DNA of 63,911 nucleotides, filler included, from Octopus bimaculoides (Eukaryota): NCBI RefSeq assembly GCF_001194135.2. It is 7 parts of 7 records of this genome, joined end to end, with 100 filler letters (N's around TTAATTAATTAA, not from the genome) between each part and the next. Parts side by side here need not be neighbours in the genome. Positions count along the whole stretch, not along the records: positions 60,344 to 63,911 come from NC_068998.1; 6 more parts are not named here. One strand, 5' to 3'. Shown piece by piece: positions 62,031 to 63,911 of this stretch (position 1 is its first letter; each line of letters starts with the position of its first letter). The notes under the pieces were generated by a model. It saw only the letters and a program-made list of their open reading frames with translations, ran no database searches and was not told where the DNA came from. The position numbers and the translations under genes were made by a program.

Positions 62031-62864
62031 AGCCCTAGGCAAGACATGACTAAGCAGACCTATTATCAAAGTCATTTTACTCGTTACCAGTGCTTACCCC
62101 TACCCTACCCTACCCTACCATATCTTAAATGCATACCGGGTACTAATGCTGGCAATTAAAATGTCAGCTAAAATATACACGTACGACTAATTAAGACGTT
62201 CTATTGAAGATGACACACAGTTTACATTTAAAACTATGTATACGAATATACAGTATTCAACTTTCAATTTTTATGAAATTGTCTCCATGGTTAGGAAAAT
62301 GTGAAAAACACATCAAATTGCTGGAATATCTTTTATTGAAACTGACAGCATCAATATGAGGGATGGGCATGGCAATGACAAAGTATTTCAAGCAGTTCAT
62401 CTGGGTGAGCTGGTCATTCGCACGCTGACCCCCATTCGACCACTTGGCTAACATCGACCTCTCCTGTAATTCCTCGCCGACCCTCATAGGCGACCTTTGA
62501 CCTAAAGCGAGACTTTTTCTCAGCGGCAAACAGCAGTTTAAACTGGTCCAAATGATATAAATGAAGTGATATTATTTTCTATCAGAAGCCGAAACTTTCT
62601 TTGCGGTCAAGAGACGCCGGAAATGTTTCATTTCTTTGACCGGAACTTATTTGAGAAAACCGTTGTATCTCACTGTCTGTTAAAATCTTTCATAAGCACC
62701 TCGCAATGACAGCATTTTTTGTGCCTAAAAATGAGGGCCTGGGCGTAAATTGAAGGTAGTAATGATTTTGATGTTTTTTAAAGCCTGTTTAAAAACCTGT
62801 ATCGGACCGTACTATTTGTATTCCACTAATCATGTTTTTCCCCTTTCTTTTCTCTCCTCTGTAG

Positions 62865-62893
62865 ATAACTCGACGGGGAAGGCAACACAATAA
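62865..62893 (+). CDS. Gene 2 terminal coding exon
   Basis: Acceptor cccctttcttttctctcctctgtag, phase 1, (N)NSTGKATQ*. Confidence 0.7.
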
Positions 62894-62949
62894 GAGAACA
62901 GCAACGAAACAATCATTTCAGAGATCGCCGATATAAAGAAAGAAAAAGA

Positions 62950-62955
62950 AATAAA
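62950..62955 (+). terminator. Putative polyadenylation signal of gene 2
   Basis: AATAAA (within aataaataaat) about 57 nt after the stop codon. Confidence 0.5.
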
Positions 62956-63091
62956 TAAATACACCCAACGGTGAAACCCACACAATGGAAATAACCGTTG
63001 AATGGAAGAAACGCCGAAGAACATCAGAAAAATGTTTTAGAAATAATACATTTCTAAATCTCTCAGAGAGATTTACGCAGTAGTGATACAA

Positions 63092-63235
63092 TGAAGTAGT
63101 TGTATGCTGTCAATTTAATGTGACAGTCCTCTGAAAAGAATAATACTACTGTTGGTGAGACCTAGGACTAACCCACAGTAGTATTATTCCCTTCAGGGGA
63201 CTGTCACATTAAGTTGACAGCATACAACTACTTCA
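63092..63235. repeat. 144-bp near-perfect palindrome (foldback or MITE-like)
   Basis: 72-nt arms match at 65 of 72 positions, centred on CCTAGG. Confidence 0.93.
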
Positions 63236-63707
63236 GAAAAATGTTTATTTGTTTATATTTAAGATATTCTAAATGCTTATTATAATAAAAAAAAAATCTG
63301 TTTCTTTGTCAACAAAGAACTGTCTTAGCATGTTTAATGTATTTTCATTGATTTTATTTCTTATGAATAATAAATAATATTATGCAGGTACACCAGATAA
63401 TTCGGCACCTCTTTTAATGCAGACATAATTATGCGAAGACGCTTATATTTCTTGCAAACATTATAAGTATATTCTGCTTTTGTTTTCGCTACCAAGCTTT
63501 CACGACACAAATTAGTTTATATACTAGAAACACATCGTGAAGGCCGAAGCACAACATCTGCACCTAACTGTAATTATATAAAGATGCGAACGTTTAAAAC
63601 TAATTGTAACCCCTCGTACAAAACACCGAAGGGCGATTTCTCTGCGAAGCGTACAAATACATTTAGATTCCCAATTATGTGGTATATATATATAATCGTG
63701 TGTGTGT

Positions 63708-63714
63708 GAGAGAA

Positions 63715-63753
<39 letters not shown>
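63708..63753. repeat. (GA)n microsatellite
   Basis: Direct reading. Confidence 0.9.
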
Positions 63754-63755
<2 letters not shown>

Positions 63756-63911
63756 TTCCCAGAGCCGTTCACCCGATGACGTGCAAATACATAGCTATTG
63801 CTGGATAATATTTATATAATATGTATAATATGAGAAACACTCGGCAACTAACACCTGATGCTAGTGCACAGAAACAATTGTTGTGATTTGGATCAAAGTC
63901 TGTTCATGTAT

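Noticed and set aside
62290-62405. Extra exon in gene 2 intron ending CTGG|GTGAGC
   Set aside because: Available acceptors in phase 1 run into stop codons.
904-63772. Most ORFs in the supplied track (poly-HT, CV, YI, LS, I/L runs and X runs)
   Set aside because: They are translations of microsatellites, N gaps or SINE sequence, with no coding signal.

Overview
AT-rich, repeat-dense animal genomic DNA. The tRNA-derived SINE families and microsatellite load suggest an octopus (inference, not verified). Six identical 100-bp spacers (44 N + TTAATTAATTAA + 44 N) mark assembly joins, so the window is seven joined segments. Almost all listed ORFs are microsatellite or N-gap artefacts. Two spliced genes are absent from the ORF track. 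(1) A minus-strand three-exon model (31034-30920, 27737-27559, 21963-21778) encodes an uncharacterised 159-aa protein; its first intron crosses one assembly join. (2) The 3' part of a plus-strand gene (60543-60621, 61768-61838, 62865-62893, AATAAA at 62950) encodes an 8-Cys extracellular-type module. There is also an orphan minus-strand exon candidate at 52390-52567. Mobile DNA includes Penelope-like (Neptune-type) remnants with several hammerhead ribozyme motifs, one with an intact core at 15428-15551. It also includes R4/Dong-like and RTE LINE pieces, Helitrons, hAT, MULE, maT (DD37D) and mariner relics, and three SINE families. The last intron of gene 1 holds a large inverted duplication whose right arm preserves the empty sites of a Helitron and an RTE inserted in the left arm. 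All homology calls come from motif recognition by eye; no database search was run.
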